A stretch of DNA of 64,000 nucleotides, from contig NMRA01000624.1 in NCBI GenBank assembly GCA_002633005.1, forward strand, positions 49,109 to 113,108. Reading direction: 5' to 3'. Shown one piece after another: positions 61,851-64,000 of the stretch; within the stretch, counting starts at the first letter, position 1, and each line of letters opens with the position of its first letter. Origin of the DNA: Phoronis australis. Its lineage: Eukaryota > Animalia > Phoronida. A program made the position numbers and the translations under genes. The notes under the pieces were generated by a model that saw only the letters and a list, made by a program, of their open reading frames with translations, had not been told where the DNA came from and made no database searches.

Positions 61851-64000
61851 AGACAAATTATATTTCGGCCAAGTACAGGGCTGGTACGTATTCTGCTAAT
61901 CATAGGCGTTTCATCACAATTTTGGACCCTCGATTTTGCCGAACTCACACCCTTGTTTTGAAGATTTACTTCTTAAATAAAAATCGCATTAATGAGGTCC
62001 CACCATGCATTTTCCTAGTTTTTTAGGTTTCAGTGAGCTAATATGAAATAAATACCATGAACGCTAACTAAATAAGCACTTTGAATGCCAAATAGTTGCG
62101 ATGTTTTTAATTTTGAAGAAAAATAAATTATTTAAATGTTTCCCAACAAATAATGAAATGGGTTGAAGATGTTTGATCACTTGACAATCAGTTGCAATGG
62201 CGGAAGGTCAGAAGACGAAGACGAGTTGGAGCGATCAGTGGGCAATTCCTTTGCAGACAGAGAAGAGACTAAATACCGGCATCAAACTCAGGTACTTGAA
62301 AAATAAGACAATAAATTCGATTTCCCACTTAGCGAACTTGAATCGGCTTTGAGACCGCATGAAATCGGCCCACTTGCCCAACAGATTCTGGAGACATATG
62401 TGAGCTACAACCTATGTAACCCACAGGCCTCCTCAGCTTCTGATCGTCCCCAATACACTATATAATACCCTACAAGGTATGACACTCCGTCCTAGAAATT
62501 CCACGGGTGCTTCACTTCAGCCGTCCATAGCAAACGCAAAACTCAACAACAAATTTTCAAAAAACAGAGGTTCAACACCATGAGAGGAGCTCCTATGTTC
62601 CACTTTAACGATATTGCGAGCAACGTCTTGACAGCTGTGGATGCAGAGTAGGCTTTTTTGGAAACGAGCAGGCTGAGATTTAAAATCTTGTTTAGACGTG
62701 CACCAACTTCAATTGATTATTTCTGAACTATCAGTAAGCGCTATTACTTGTAAATATACAAATGTAACTATATTCAGTAGTTTACCACAAAGAACTGAAT
62801 TCAGACCTCAATATTGTCTCTGACTTGTTAAAAACTTTCCTTGTCAAAGAACTGGGGATCGTTCCACGAAAATGTGTAAGTTCAAAAACTGCGTTAAGTT
62901 GAACTCTGGAGGCAGACGTTTCTTGACAATTAAAGACTAATCGGCTGCGGTCACCGGGTCATTAGAATAGCTGGTAACTCAATATTTTTAGAAAAACGCA
63001 TTGTTTTAGCACAATGAATTGAACTAGGTTTCCTTGAAAGTGGATCGCATGGAACAAAAACCGGAAACGTCGATGCCAGTGATGTTTAATATGAGCATTT
63101 GATGCAATGCATCAAAAGGATAAATATGCCAAATTTCCTTATCTGCGAGCTGAAACACAAAAAAGTGGCTCCTCATGAGACACGTGACTTCACGTCCAGT
63201 CAGCTTCTTTAAATTATCGAACTACACCAGGTTTGAGCAAAATGATTATGTCCTTTCAGAGTGCAAAATATTTTATATTTCCCCAGCTAGGCATCCCATT
63301 TTACGTATACACGTCACAGTTTCATTTGTTGTTACCACCGCTATTTCAGGCAGGTTAGACATCATAGGAAATTTCTTTCAGCGTTCTAGCTGTAGAACAC
63401 ACGTTACTATGACGCCTCTCTTTTACACTATTGGCTCGCTGTGCTCAAAGGCGGTATTTTGCTGTTGCTGTGGAAAAGCCTGTTAGCCTGCCGGCAAATA
63501 AACACGTGCTTTTATTTCCTTCCATCACAATGTGGTTAAGAAATAAGCTATCGTGGACTAAAACCGGTCTATTTTCTATTTAAGTGGACTCCGCAATTAA
63601 ATTCTTCATGAAACATTTTGTTATTGTCGTTCGTTCCCGAAGAAATACGATACATATTAGCCAAATACGATGTCATTATCAATCATACTAAGGGAAGTGT
63701 GTTTACTGTAATGTCGCATACACAATTGGTTTATGAGCGCCAACAAAAGATTGCAAGAACAATTAAACGATAAAAACTTGTTACCCGATCATTTAAAACT
63801 CCTTTCGTGTGGAGTTGAAACTGTAGGCTGAACATTTTTGACAGTACTATAAAACTACTCATGTTGAAAAATGGAAAGTGCATAGGGACACATCTGCCAA
63901 GTCGACGTGGCACATTTGATAGCATTTCATTCACACTATCCGAGAAAGAAGGCGTTAAGTGTGTCAACGGTTTTCCTCCGTGTGACAAATACCATGGAAA

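Noticed and set aside
62100-62720. Possible very old non-LTR RT fragment
   Set aside because: Only faint resemblance to RT N-terminal motifs; cannot be supported without a profile search
63731-63988. Minus-strand ORF at the window edge
   Set aside because: No recognisable homology or splice context; cannot be evaluated within this window

Overview
AT-rich, intron-rich animal genomic DNA, probably from a marine invertebrate (inferred from the gene family and the repeat spectrum); the supplied ORF track is mostly noise. Reading GT-AG splice sites by hand gives two tandem + strand paralogs of the CAP/SCP (CRISP / venom allergen / Conus Tex31-Mr30-like) family. Gene A is 5'-truncated by the window edge (7 exons, 982-13047): CAP domain, EGF-like module, ShKT-like domain and a hydrophobic, possibly GPI-signal tail. 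Gene B looks complete (25 exons, 15227-61324, 2259 nt CDS, about 752 aa): signal peptide, six near-identical ShKT domains each followed by a 30-nt Thr-rich microexon (a tandem array with a ~1.35 kb period), two further ShKT domains of a second type, then the CAP-EGF-ShKT-tail core. Every array exon is phase 1-1, and dead exon copies flank the array. Introns hold decayed Ty3/gypsy, CR1/L2-like and L1/Tx1-like retroelements, a Harbinger remnant, two abutting TTAA-targeting Kolobok-like elements, MITEs with 5-bp TSDs, Penelope-type hammerhead motifs and many TACATGTA footprints. Two duplications around single-N gaps look like haplotype artefacts of the assembly. All gene models are manual and unvalidated by transcripts.
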